57,031 nucleotides of DNA, from the NCBI GenBank assembly GCA_036259555.1, contig DATABM010000117.1, forward strand, positions 1 to 57,031, written 5' to 3'. Shown here piece by piece: positions 43,229-55,308 of the stretch; within the stretch, counting starts at the first letter, position 1; each line of letters starts with the position of its first letter. The translations under genes and the position numbers were made by a program. Origin of the DNA: Solirubrobacterales bacterium (GTDB lineage Bacteria; Actinomycetota; Thermoleophilia; Solirubrobacterales; 70-9). Under the pieces are notes generated by a model, which did no database searches, was not told the origin of the DNA, and saw nothing but the letters and a program-made list of their open reading frames with translations.

Positions 43229-45087
43229 GAGAGGTTCAGCGCCTCGACCGCGGCGACGATGCTGTCGGCGTCGATGCCCGCAGCGCGGAGCAGGTCGGCG
43301 GGCGGGCCGCTGGTCGGTTTGGTCGAGACCGCGAGGCGGGTGAGACGGGTCGTGGTGCCGGATTCGGCCAGCACGCCGGCAACGGTCTCGCCGATGCCGC
43401 CCTCGGCCCAGTGGTCCTCGACCGTGACGATCGCCCGGGTCTCGGCGGCGGCCCGGAGGATGGCGTCCTCGTCGACGGGCTTCACCGAGTAGAGGTCGAT
43501 GACGCGGGCGGCGATGCCCTTCTCCGCGAGCCGGTCGGCGGCGGCGAGGCTTTCGTGCAGGGTGACGCCGGCGCCGATCAGCGTGACGGCGTCGTCGTCG
43601 CTGGAGCGCACCGTGCGGCTGCCGCCGATCTCGAAGCTCTCCCCCGCCTCGTAGATCGCCGGCGCGGCGCCGCGGGTCGTCCGCAGGTAGGTGATCCCGT
43701 GCCGCTGCCGCATGGCGTCGAGCAGGGCGACCGTCTGGTTGGGGTCGCACGGGTAGAGGACGACGCTGTCGTGCACGGCGCGCAGCGAGGCGATGTCCTC
43801 GAGCGCCATCTGCGAAGGGCCGTCCTCGCCGATCGAAACGCCGACGTGGGAGCCGCAGAGCTTCATGTCGGCTTCCGAGATCGCCGCCATGCGGACGAAG
43901 TCGTAGGCACGGCTGAGGAAGGCGCCGAAGGTCGACGCGAACGGGCGCCAGCCGCGCACCTGCACGCCGACGGCGGCGGCGACCATCTGCTGCTCGGCGA
44001 TGTACATCTCGAAGTAGCGGTCGGGGTGCTTGGCGTGGAAGCGCTCGGCGTAGGTGGAGTTGCCGACCTCGCCGTCGAGCGCGACCACTTTCTCGTCGAT
44101 CGCGCCGAGCCAGGCGAGCGCGTCGCCGTAGGCGGCCCGCGTCGCGACCTTCTCCCCCAGCTCGTAGCTCGGGCGCTCGACGCTCTCGCGCGGCAGCTCG
44201 TACGAGGAAGCCTCGCCGGGCGCCTGGACCCGGACCCGCAGGGACCGTTCGCCGCCCAGCTCCTCGATCGCCTCCTGCGGATCGGCGAGCGGCTTGCCGT
44301 GGGCGTTTTCCTTGTCCTCGACGACGGCGACGCCGCGGCCCTTCTTGGTGCGGGCGAAGATCGCCGCCGGCCGGCCGCTCTCCAGCGCCGCCGCGTAGGC
44401 CCGGTCGATCGCCTCGACGTCGTGCCCGTCGATCTCCTGCACGAACATGCCGCAGGCGCTCGCCCGCGCGGTCAGCGACGACGTGTCCCATTCGTGCATC
44501 GTCGGGCCGCGCTGGCCGAGCCGGTTGACGTCGACGATCGCGATCAAGTTCTTCAGCCCGACGTAGCCGGCGTGCTCGAAGGCCTCCCACATCGAGCCCT
44601 CCGCCAGCTCCGAGTCACCGCAGAGCGTCCAGACCCGGAAGTCGGCTTTCTCGAGCTTCTGCCCCGCCAGCGCGATGCCGACCGCGATCGGCAGTCCCTG
44701 GCCGAGCGAGCCGGTCGCCACGTCGACCCAGGGCAGCTCGGGGGTCGGGTGGCCTTCCATCCGCGAGCCGAACTTGCGGAAGCTGAGCAGCTCCTCGTCG
44801 TCGATCGCGCCCGCCGCCTTGTAGAGCGCGTATAGGAGCGGCGAGGCATGGCCCTTGGAGAAGACGACGTGATCGTTCGCCGGGTTCTTGGGCGCGTCGA
44901 AGTCGTAGCGCAGGTAGCGCGCGTAGAGGACCGCCATCAGGTCGGCGGCCGACATCGAGGAGGTCGGGTGGCCGGAGTTTGCGGCGGCCGCGCAGCGCAC
45001 CGAGTCGACCCGCAGCTGCTGGCCCAGCTCGGTCAGCTGGTCGAGGGATGCGCTGCTGTCGAGGATGGTTGCCTGGTCCGTGGACAC
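43225..45087 (-). CDS. tkt: Transketolase
   Basis: 620-aa ORF with the SGHPTSS, SKGHASP, GSLGQGL and GEDGPSQM(A)LED transketolase/ThDP motifs. Confidence 0.95.
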   Translation of the reverse strand: MSTDQATILDSSASLDQLTELGQQLRVDSVRCAAAANSGHPTSSMSAADLMAVLYARYLRYDFDAPKNPANDHVVFSKGHASPLLYALYKAAGAIDDEELLSFRKFGSRMEGHPTPELPWVDVATGSLGQGLPIAVGIALAGQKLEKADFRVWTLCGDSELAEGSMWEAFEHAGYVGLKNLIAIVDVNRLGQRGPTMHEWDTSSLTARASACGMFVQEIDGHDVEAIDRAYAAALESGRPAAIFARTKKGRGVAVVEDKENAHGKPLADPQEAIEELGGERSLRVRVQAPGEASSYELPRESVERPSYELGEKVATRAAYGDALAWLGAIDEKVVALDGEVGNSTYAERFHAKHPDRYFEMYIAEQQMVAAAVGVQVRGWRPFASTFGAFLSRAYDFVRMAAISEADMKLCGSHVGVSIGEDGPSQMALEDIASLRAVHDSVVLYPCDPNQTVALLDAMRQRHGITYLRTTRGAAPAIYEAGESFEIGGSRTVRSSDDDAVTLIGAGVTLHESLAAADRLAEKGIAARVIDLYSVKPVDEDAILRAAAETRAIVTVEDHWAEGGIGETVAGVLAESGTTTRLTRLAVSTKPTSGPPADLLRAAGIDADSIVAAVEALNLS

Positions 45088-45109
45088 GCTGACCGGACTC
45101 TACATTCGG

Positions 45110-46123
45110 CTAGCCGATCGCGACCATTCGCTCGATCGGGATCCGCGCTCGCTCCGCGATCTCGGCGGGGACGCTGACCTCGAACTTCATCTCGCGAAGA
45201 CTGTCGCGCAGCTTCGGCAGCGTGATCATCTTCATGTACTTGCAGTAGGCCATCCGGTTCGCCTCGACCAGCGTCGCCGCCGGCGCCGCCTGCTGCAGCG
45301 GGTGCAGCATGCCGTTCTCGGTGGCGACGATGAACTCGCCGTCGGGCTTGCGCTGGACGTAGTCGAGCATCTGCCCGGTCGAGAGCATGTGGACCCCCTC
45401 CTCCTCCACTTCGCCCGCGGCGACGAACTCCATCACCTGCGTCACGCAGCCGCACTCGGGGTGGACGAGGAACTCGGCGTTCGGGTGGGCGGCGCGCTGG
45501 GCGGCGATGTCGTCGGGGCGGATGCCGGCGTGGACGTGGCACTCGCCTGGCCAGACGTGCAGCGAGCGGCCGACCTCGCGCTCGACGTAGGAACCGAGCC
45601 ACATATCCGGCCCGAAGAGGATCTCCGTGTCGGGACCGTGCTCGCGCAGGATGTGCTCGACGACCTTGACCGCGTTGGATGAGGTGCAGCAGTAGTCGGT
45701 CTCGGCCTTCACCTCGGCCGAGGTGTTGACGTACATCACGACCACCGCGTCCGCCCCGTGCTTCGCCTTCCAGGCGCGCAGTTCCTCGGCCGTGATCGCG
45801 TCGGCCAGCGAGCAGCCGGCGTCCGGGTCGGGGATGAGGACGGTCTTGTCAGGTGAGAGGATCGAGGCCGTCTCGGCCATGAAGTGCACGCCGCAGAAGG
45901 CGATCACGTCGGCGTCGGACTCGGCCGCCCTGCGCGAGAGGCCGAGCGAGTCGCCGGTGTAGTGGGCGACAGACTGAATCTCGGGCACCTGGTAGTTGTG
46001 GGCGAGGATCACGGCATTGCGCTCGGTGGCGAGCTCGCGCACTTCGCGCGACATCTCCTCGACCTCCTCGGGCGCGAGGTTCAGCATCGGAACCGGCTCG
46101 TTGATCGTCGGCAGCTCTCTCAT
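45110..46123 (-). CDS. nadA: Quinolinate synthase
   Basis: 337-aa ORF with the NAVILAHNYQ, FCGVHFMAETA, HPECG and three-Cys cluster contexts typical of NadA. Confidence 0.95.
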   Translation of the reverse strand: MRELPTINEPVPMLNLAPEEVEEMSREVRELATERNAVILAHNYQVPEIQSVAHYTGDSLGLSRRAAESDADVIAFCGVHFMAETASILSPDKTVLIPDPDAGCSLADAITAEELRAWKAKHGADAVVVMYVNTSAEVKAETDYCCTSSNAVKVVEHILREHGPDTEILFGPDMWLGSYVEREVGRSLHVWPGECHVHAGIRPDDIAAQRAAHPNAEFLVHPECGCVTQVMEFVAAGEVEEEGVHMLSTGQMLDYVQRKPDGEFIVATENGMLHPLQQAAPAATLVEANRMAYCKYMKMITLPKLRDSLREMKFEVSVPAEIAERARIPIERMVAIG

Positions 46124-46343
46124 CGCGGTACCTCAGGACGCCCCGCTGGGCTTCCTTGGTCGTCGTATGTTCGCTGGCATGGCTCGCGCCTGAGTCCAGT
46201 CGAATGAAGTGCTGCTCCAAGTCTAGCTCGCTAGGCCGGCGGGTCCTGTCGCGGGGAGTGGGCTCCTCGTCCTCGCAAGCTGCGGGCGAGGACCCACTCC
46301 CCACGCCACCCGCCGGAGAAGCGGAGGCGCAAGACTTCCTCCT

Positions 46344-47189
46344 GTGCCAGAGCTTCCTGAGGTTGAGATCACGGTGAGGAGACTGGACGCCTCGCTGAAG
46401 GGCGTCGAGGTCGAATCCGTCTTCGCGCCGGGGATGAACGTGATGAAGACCTTCGAGCCGCCGCTCGAAGCGCTGGCGGGAAGGTCGGTGACGGGGATGC
46501 GGCGGTTCGGCAAGATGCCGGTCGTCGAGTTCGACGACCTGGCGCTGCTGATCCACCTGATGTCGGCCGGCCGGCTGCGCCTCTCCGACAAGCGCGCCTC
46601 GCTCAAGGACCGCGCCTCGCGGGTGCTGATCCGGCTCACCGACGGACGCGAGCTGCGCCTGCGCGAGTACGGGACCAAGCAGCGCGCTTGGGCAAAGCTG
46701 CTGCCGGCCGAGGACGTCGAGAACGACGAGATGGTCGCCAGCCTCGGCCCCGAGGCGTGGCCGGCCCCGCCGCTGGAGGAGTTCGCCGCGCTGATCGCGC
46801 AGCCCCGCCACCTCCATCCGCTGCTGCGCCATCAACGCGACATCGCCGGCATCGGGCGCTCCTGGGTCGACGAGATCCTCTGGGAAGCGCGGCTCTCTCC
46901 CTTCAAGAAGGGCTCGGAGCTGAGCGAGGAGGAGATCGAGCGGCTGCACGGGGCGCTGCACGTTCTCGGCACGGCGATCGACCACTACGAGGAGACGCTC
47001 GGGCCGAGCCTGCCCGAGAAACTGCCGATGCCCCTGCGGATTCACAAGAGGGAGGGCGAGCCCTGCCCACGCTGCACCACGAAGCTCGAGGCTGTCTTCT
47101 TCTCGGAGCACCAGACCACCTACTGCCCCGAGGAGCAGACCGGCGGGCGCGTGCTAAAGGACCGGCGACTCTCGCGTTTGCTTAAGTAG
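46344..47189 (+). CDS. Formamidopyrimidine-DNA glycosylase / endonuclease VIII (Fpg/Nei family)
   Basis: The MPELPEVE N-terminus (catalytic Pro2/Glu3), an H2TH region and a C-terminal zinc finger CPRC...YCPEEQ. Confidence 0.9.
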   Translation: MPELPEVEITVRRLDASLKGVEVESVFAPGMNVMKTFEPPLEALAGRSVTGMRRFGKMPVVEFDDLALLIHLMSAGRLRLSDKRASLKDRASRVLIRLTDGRELRLREYGTKQRAWAKLLPAEDVENDEMVASLGPEAWPAPPLEEFAALIAQPRHLHPLLRHQRDIAGIGRSWVDEILWEARLSPFKKGSELSEEEIERLHGALHVLGTAIDHYEETLGPSLPEKLPMPLRIHKREGEPCPRCTTKLEAVFFSEHQTTYCPEEQTGGRVLKDRRLSRLLK

Positions 47190-47193
47190 ACGC

Positions 47194-47523
47194 ATGCGAG
47201 CGCTCCTCGTTCTCGCTTCGGCGCTGGTCCTGCTGGCCACCTCGGCAGGGGCCGCCGGCGCTGCGACCACGGTGACGGTCGGGAACAACTTCTTCGCCCC
47301 GAGCCAGAAGACGGTGGCCGCCGGGACCACGGTGCGCTTCGACTGGACCGGGGGCCGCCGCCACAACGTGACGAAGGACAGCGGTCCCGGCCGATTCTTC
47401 GCGTCGCCGACGACGGCGCGCAGCGGCGTCAACTTCGCACGGCGCTTCCAGAGGAGTGGCACGTACCGCCTGTACTGCACCCTTCACCCGGCGCAGATGC
47501 GCCTGAAGCTCGTCGTCCGCTGA
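47194..47523 (+). CDS. Secreted cupredoxin (plastocyanin-like) protein
   Basis: Signal peptide followed by type-1 Cu ligand spacing (HNV ... YCTLHPAQM). Confidence 0.75.
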   Translation: MRALLVLASALVLLATSAGAAGAATTVTVGNNFFAPSQKTVAAGTTVRFDWTGGRRHNVTKDSGPGRFFASPTTARSGVNFARRFQRSGTYRLYCTLHPAQMRLKLVVR

Positions 47524-47526
47524 AGC

Positions 47527-48375
47527 TCAGGCCGGCTCGACAAGCATGCTGAAGTCGAGGCTGGGCGCCGAGTGGGTGATCGCCCCGACCGAGATGAAGT
47601 CGACGCCCGTCTCGGCGATTGCGCGGACCGTGCTCAGGTCGACGCCGCCGGAGGCCTCCAGCGACGGCTTCCGCTCGCTCCCTTTTTCCGCTTCGCGCAG
47701 CTCGACCGCCCTGCGCAGGGTCGTCACGTCCATGTTGTCGAGCAGCAGCCGGTCGGCGCCGGTCCCGAGCGCGTAGGCGACCTCTTCGAGATCGCGGCAC
47801 TCGACCTCGACCGGCAGCTCGGGCCGAGCTCGGCGAGCCGCGTGGACCGCCTTCGCGACCCCGCCCGCCAGGGCGACGTGGTTCTCCTTGATCAGGATCG
47901 CGTCGTAGAGCCCCATGCGGTGGTTGACCCCCCCGCCTGCGGCAACGGCCGCCTTCTCGAGCTCGCGCAGCCCAGGCGTCGTCTTGCGCGTGTCGAGGAT
48001 CCTGGCGCCCGTCCCGGCGACCGCATCGACGAAGCTCGCGGTCAGCGTCGCGATCCCGGAGAGGTGCCCGAGGAAGTTGAGGGCAGTCCGCTCCGCGGCG
48101 AGCAGGCCGGCGGCAGGACCGCTCGCAAACGCGACCTCGGCCGGGACGTCCTCGCGCCACTGCCCCTCGACCATCAGCTTGTCGAGCTCAGCACCGCACT
48201 GCCGCATCGCCTCCGCCACGAGATCCAGCCCGAAGACGACGCCGGCCCCCTTCTGGACGATCCGCGCCCGGGCGAGCGCGCCCTCGGGGATCGTCGCCGC
48301 GCTGGTGACGTCCCCTGCGCCGACGTCCTCCGCAAGGGCGCGGGCGACGATCGCGCTCAGCAATCGATCCGGCAT
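47527..48375 (-). CDS. nadC: Nicotinate-nucleotide pyrophosphorylase (carboxylating)
   Basis: 282-aa ORF with DTRKTTPG, IKENH and LDNM strings typical of QPRTase. Confidence 0.95.
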   Translation of the reverse strand: MPDRLLSAIVARALAEDVGAGDVTSAATIPEGALARARIVQKGAGVVFGLDLVAEAMRQCGAELDKLMVEGQWREDVPAEVAFASGPAAGLLAAERTALNFLGHLSGIATLTASFVDAVAGTGARILDTRKTTPGLRELEKAAVAAGGGVNHRMGLYDAILIKENHVALAGGVAKAVHAARRARPELPVEVECRDLEEVAYALGTGADRLLLDNMDVTTLRRAVELREAEKGSERKPSLEASGGVDLSTVRAIAETGVDFISVGAITHSAPSLDFSMLVEPA

Positions 48376-48493
48376 CGCCGCAGCCTAGTTCAGCGCACCG
48401 AGTTCGCCGTTAGTTGCGCATAGCGCGACATAGTGCGAACGCTCAAGCAGGCGGATCTCACGCCGCCGGTCTCCCGGGCGTTTAATCCCTAGC

Positions 48494-48973
48494 TTGCCCG
48501 CGCCACCCGCCACCCTGCCGCCCTTCCAGGCCCTGCTCGACGAGCACGCCGCCGACGTGATGGCGGTGCTGCGGGGCGCCGTTGGCCGTGCGGACGCCGA
48601 GGACTGCTTTCAGGAGACCTTCCTCGCGGCGCTGCGCGCCTATCCCAAGCTGGGCGATGGCGGCAACCTCCGCGGCTGGCTGCTGACGATCGCCCATCGC
48701 AAGGCGATCGATCACCACCGGGCCAACGGGCGCCGGCCGCTGCCGGTCGCCGAGGTGCGGGCGGACGCGGTCGAGGCGGTCGACCCGCTGCCCGAGGACG
48801 ACCTCTGGCAACTGGTGGACGGGCTGCCACCCAAGCAGCGCGCCGCCGTCGCGCTGCGCTATGCCTGCGACCTCCCGCATGCGGAGATCGGAGCCGCGCT
48901 CGGCTGTTCGCCGGAGGCGGCGAGGCGCAGCCTGCACGAGGGAATCAAGCGACTGCGAAAGGAGCTGGCATGA
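48494..48973 (+). CDS. ECF-type sigma-70 family RNA polymerase sigma factor
   Basis: Region 2 (FQETFLAALRAY...GWLLTIAHRKAIDHHR) and region 4 (LPPKQRAAVALRYACDLPHAEIGAALGCSPEAARRSLHEGIKRLR). TTG start. Confidence 0.85.
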   Translation: MPAPPATLPPFQALLDEHAADVMAVLRGAVGRADAEDCFQETFLAALRAYPKLGDGGNLRGWLLTIAHRKAIDHHRANGRRPLPVAEVRADAVEAVDPLPEDDLWQLVDGLPPKQRAAVALRYACDLPHAEIGAALGCSPEAARRSLHEGIKRLRKELA

Positions 48974-49524
48974 AGGCCGAGCTGGAACGCCTCACCGAGC
49001 GGGCCGCCGCCGAAGGTCTGATGGACGTCGCTTACGCGACCGTCGACTCTCCGTTCGGCCCACTTCTGCTGGCGGTCACGCCGCGGGGCGTCGTGCGAAT
49101 CGGCCTGCCCAACCAGGACCAGGAGACGCTGCTCGAGGATCTGGCGACGCGCGTCTCGCCACGCGTTCTCGAGGCGCCGACGCAGCTCGACGACCTCCGG
49201 CGTGAGCTCGACCTCTATTTCGAGGGCAAGTTGACCGACTTCGACCTACCGCTCGACTGGCGACTCACGCAGGGCTTTCGGCGCAAGGCCCAGCGTGCGA
49301 TCGCGCGCATCCCCTACGGGCAGACGCGCAGCTACACCCAGATTGCGGCCAGCGCCGGCAACCAGCGCGCCGTGCGGGCAGCCGGGACGGCCTGCGGCAC
49401 CAACCCCCTCCCGATCGTCGTCCCCTGCCACCGCGTCCTGCGCAGCGGCGGCAGCCTCGGGGGCTACGGCGGCGGACTGCCGATGAAGGAAGCGCTGCTG
49501 CGCATCGAGGGCGTGCTGGGGTAA
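48970..49524 (+). CDS. ogt: Methylated-DNA-protein-cysteine methyltransferase
   Basis: Active-site PCHRV, IPYGQTRSY and NPLPIVVPCHRVL, plus an N-terminal MGMT domain. The ATGA overlaps the sigma-factor stop. Confidence 0.9.
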   Translation: MKAELERLTERAAAEGLMDVAYATVDSPFGPLLLAVTPRGVVRIGLPNQDQETLLEDLATRVSPRVLEAPTQLDDLRRELDLYFEGKLTDFDLPLDWRLTQGFRRKAQRAIARIPYGQTRSYTQIAASAGNQRAVRAAGTACGTNPLPIVVPCHRVLRSGGSLGGYGGGLPMKEALLRIEGVLG

Positions 49525-49556
49525 AGGAAACGCGCGTTCGGGCCGATGAAGGGGCG

Positions 49557-50057
49557 ATGCACCGCCTCTTCCTCGTTCCGTTGGCCGTGCTCGCGCTGCT
49601 TGCGGCAGTGCCCCTTGCCGGCGCGGCCGAAGCCGAAGAAGCCGACGAAAGCGCCTACGTCGAAGAAGCGCTCGAAGAATGCGAAGGGGATCCGGTCTGC
49701 GAAGAAGAAGTCGAAGCCGAAGAGACCGAAGTCGAAGCCGAAGCGGAAGCCGAGAAGACCTATCCCGAGGCTTGCGTCCTGCGCAGCGCCAAGGCGCACG
49801 CCGTCCTCAAGGGGGACAGGCTGAAGCTGACGATTGGCTACGCGACCAGCGAGCCGACCGAGGCCAACCTCGAGGTTCACTACGGCGCCACCCGCGTCGG
49901 CCAGTTCAAGCGACAGCTCCGTCGCAGCGGCGTCCTTCGCATCGCCAAGCCGCTCAAGGGCAGGCAGGCGGCGAAGCGACTGCCGGTGCGGGTCGAGATC
50001 GACGTGAAGGGCACTCGCTGCCAGACCCGCCGGCTCGTGCTCGTTCCTAAGCGCTGA
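49557..50057 (+). CDS. Secreted protein with an acidic (E/A-rich) N-terminal region, unknown function
   Basis: 166-aa ORF: signal peptide, a Glu-rich low-complexity stretch with 4 Cys, then a basic C-terminal half. Confidence 0.55.
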   Translation: MHRLFLVPLAVLALLAAVPLAGAAEAEEADESAYVEEALEECEGDPVCEEEVEAEETEVEAEAEAEKTYPEACVLRSAKAHAVLKGDRLKLTIGYATSEPTEANLEVHYGATRVGQFKRQLRRSGVLRIAKPLKGRQAAKRLPVRVEIDVKGTRCQTRRLVLVPKR

Positions 50058-50691
50058 GCGTCGTCCCCAGCCACGTCCTCGCCGCGTCGAGGTGAGCCGG
50101 ATCGATCTGGTGACCGACGTCCGACTCGTTGTACTCGACTTCGAGCCCGCCTCCCTCGAGGAGGTCGCGGGCACGGCGGCCGAAGCCGACGTCGATCACG
50201 GGGTCGAGGCGGCCGTGCGCGACGAAGGCACGGGTCGCCTTGCGATCGTCGAAGTGCGGGACCCAGTCCTCGACGCTCGGCACGAAGCCGCTGAACGCGA
50301 GGATGCCCGCGACTGGCGGGCGGTCGGCGCCGAGTGCCATCGCGTGGCTCATCACCGCGCCCATCGAGAAGCCACCGAGCACGGTGCGCGAGGCGCCGAC
50401 CCCGGCCTCCTCCCAGAGGCGGTCGTGGAGCGCGGCAAGCGCGTCCCGCGCGGCATGGAAGCTCTCGGGGTCGGGAAAACCGACTCGCGGCACCAGGTAC
50501 CAGTGGTAACCCGGCGATCCGGGCAGGCGCAGCGGTGCGCGCGGCGTCACGACCCGCAGGCGCCGCTCGGGGTCGAGCAGGTCGGCGAGCCCGAGCAGGT
50601 CCCTCTCGTCGGCGCCGCGCCCGTGGTGGAGGACGAGGAGACCGTCGGGATCCCGGTCGGCCCGGCGCTCCACGTAGCTGAGCCCGTCCAT
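50047..50691 (-). CDS. Alpha/beta hydrolase (phospholipase/carboxylesterase family)
   Basis: 214-aa ORF with the nucleophile elbow GFSMGA and later D and H contexts (HGRLDPV, GHQID). Confidence 0.8.
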   Translation of the reverse strand: MDGLSYVERRADRDPDGLLVLHHGRGADERDLLGLADLLDPERRLRVVTPRAPLRLPGSPGYHWYLVPRVGFPDPESFHAARDALAALHDRLWEEAGVGASRTVLGGFSMGAVMSHAMALGADRPPVAGILAFSGFVPSVEDWVPHFDDRKATRAFVAHGRLDPVIDVGFGRRARDLLEGGGLEVEYNESDVGHQIDPAHLDAARTWLGTTLSA

Positions 50692-50702
50692 CGCGCTGCC
50701 GA

Positions 50703-51822
50703 CTAGCTCGCCGTGGCCGCCGCGGTCTTGTTCAGGTAGTCGCGGACGAAGTCGTCGATGTCGCCGTCGAGCACCCGCTGCGCGTCGCCGGCCTCGTGGC
50801 CGGTGCGATGGTCCTTGACCCGCTGGTCGGGATGCAGGAAGTAGCTGCGGATCTGCGACCCCCAGGCGACGTCTTTGACCTCACCGCGCTCCTTCGCCAG
50901 GGTCTCGGAGCGTTTGCGCTCCTCCAGCTCGATCAGCTTGGAGCGCAGCAGCTGCATCGCCACCGCCTTGTTCTGGGTCTGGGAGCGCTCGTTCTGGCAC
51001 TGGACGACGACGCCCGTCGGCATGTGCGTGATGCGCACCGCCGAGTCGGTCTTGTTGACGTGCTGGCCTCCGGCACCTGAAGCGCGATAGGTGTCGACCC
51101 GCAGGTCGGCGTCGTCTATCTCGACCTCGACGTTCTCGTCGACCACGGGCCCGACGTCGACCTGGGCGAAGCTCGTGTGGCGCCGTGCCGAGGAGTCGAA
51201 GGGTGAGATCCGCACCAGCCGGTGGACGCCGCGCTCGGCCGCGAAGAGACCGTAGGCGTTTTCGCCGCGGACGATGAGGGTCGCCGACTTGAGCCCGGCC
51301 TCCTCCCCCGGCGAGGCCTCCACCATCTCCACCTCGAAGCCGCGCCGCTCGGCCCAGCGCAGGTACATCCGCAGGAGGATCTCGGCCCAGTCCTGGGAGT
51401 CGGTGCCGCCGGCGCCGGCGTGGACGGAGACGACCGCGTCGCCGGGGTCGTACTCGCCGCTGAACAGCCGTGCCTCCTCGAGCTCGGCGAGACGGCGCTC
51501 GACCGAGCTCAGTTGCGTATCCAGCTCGCGGGCCATCTCCTCGTCCTCGGCGGCCATCTCGGCCAGCTCGTCGAGGTCGGCGACGTCGCCTTCGAGCTCC
51601 TCGAAGGTCTTCAGCTTGCGCTGAGCTCGTGCGTGGGCGGCCGAGGTGCGCGCCGCGGCCTCCTGATCGTCCCAGAAGCCGGGTGCGCCCATCTCCGCCT
51701 CCAGCCGCTCAGCCTCGTGACGCAGCGAAGCCGGGTCAAAGGTAGTCCGCGAGCAGCTTCAACTGATCGCGGATCTCGGCGAGCCGCGCCGGAACCGATT
51801 CGGTCGATGCGGCCTCGGCCAT
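50703..51822 (-). CDS. prfB: Peptide chain release factor 2 (requires a programmed +1 frameshift)
   Basis: Frame 0 runs from the ATG at 51822 for 28 codons to CTT TGA C (51741-51735). The +1 frame continues [24 protein letters not shown]..., with SPF and GGQHVN motifs downstream. Confidence 0.9.
51736..51741 (-). promoter_or_regulatory. prfB autoregulatory +1 frameshift site (CUU UGA)
   Basis: The minus strand reads ...GAC TAC CTT TGA CCC... This matches the canonical CUU-UGA-C shift site. Confidence 0.85.
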
Positions 51823-51831
51823 GAGCGGAGC

Positions 51832-52236
51832 TTACTCAGCGCCGACGCCGTGCTCGAAGCCGCCCACCCGCAGGGCGGTGCGCCGGTCCTCGAAGGGACG
51901 CCAACTGCGCACCTTGTGACGGCGCAGCTCGAACAGCCACGCCATCTCGTCCTCGCCCGCGGCGGAGCCGTCTTCGTCCCAGTGCCAGCGGCGACGGATC
52001 AGCGCCACGGCGGTCCCCCCTCCGCTCTCCGTGCCGTCCTCGTAGAGCTCCTCGAGCTCGATCGTCTGCTGGACGCCGCCCGGCGCCCGCGTCGCCCACA
52101 GTCGCGCCGCTTCCACCCCCTTGCGCAGCCCCTTCATCGAGTGGACTTCGATTTCGGGATCCAACACTTGAACGAGCGCATCCAAGTCCCGCTCGTTGAA
52201 CGCCCTTATGAACTCGCGAACGGGGTCGTGGATCAC
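51832..52236 (-). CDS. SnoaL-like / NTF2-fold protein
   Basis: VREFIRAFNERDLDALVQVLDPEIEVH is a typical SnoaL-like N-terminus. I prefer the GTG at 52236 (alternative GTG at 52263). The rest of ORF 51832-53082 overlaps secA and is treated as spurious. Confidence 0.6.
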   Translation of the reverse strand: MIHDPVREFIRAFNERDLDALVQVLDPEIEVHSMKGLRKGVEAARLWATRAPGGVQQTIELEELYEDGTESGGGTAVALIRRRWHWDEDGSAAGEDEMAWLFELRRHKVRSWRPFEDRRTALRVGGFEHGVGAE

Positions 52237-52268
52237 GAGCGTCGGAGAACGAGGGGTACGCACGGATA

Positions 52269-52380
52269 GGGCCGGTCCCGGTAGGGCTGGAACGTCTTGT
52301 ACTTTTTTTGCGGCGGCATCCTCGGACGGCCGAAAGCGATCTTCAAAAAAGTTAAGTGGAAGTCCTAGCGGGACCGGCCC
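52269..52380. repeat. 12-bp perfect inverted repeat spanning the spacer downstream of secA
   Basis: gggccggtcccg (52269-52280) / cgggaccggccc (52369-52380). There is a nested T7 (52303-09) / A6 (52345-50) pair. A second complementary pair gtagggc (52281-87) / gccctac (52386-92) overlaps the secA stop. Confidence 0.75.
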
Positions 52381-52388
52381 CGACGGCC

Positions 52389-55244
<2,856 letters not shown>

Positions 55245-55308
55245 TGCTCAAGGGTAGCGATGGCAGGGCCAGCGCCTCGCCCCGCTGAACGCTCCCGGCT
55301 CCCCGCCG

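Noticed and set aside
46124-46343. Calling the nadA leader hairpin a class-I NAD+ riboswitch.
   Set aside because: I could not find the tandem-domain organisation or the conserved bulge sequences of the nadA motif. It is kept only as an unnamed candidate structure in the findings.
49600-49760. A GAA/GCC-rich quasi-repeat (gaagccgaa units).
   Set aside because: It encodes the Glu/Ala-rich acidic region of the secreted protein at 49557-50057 and is not a non-coding repeat.
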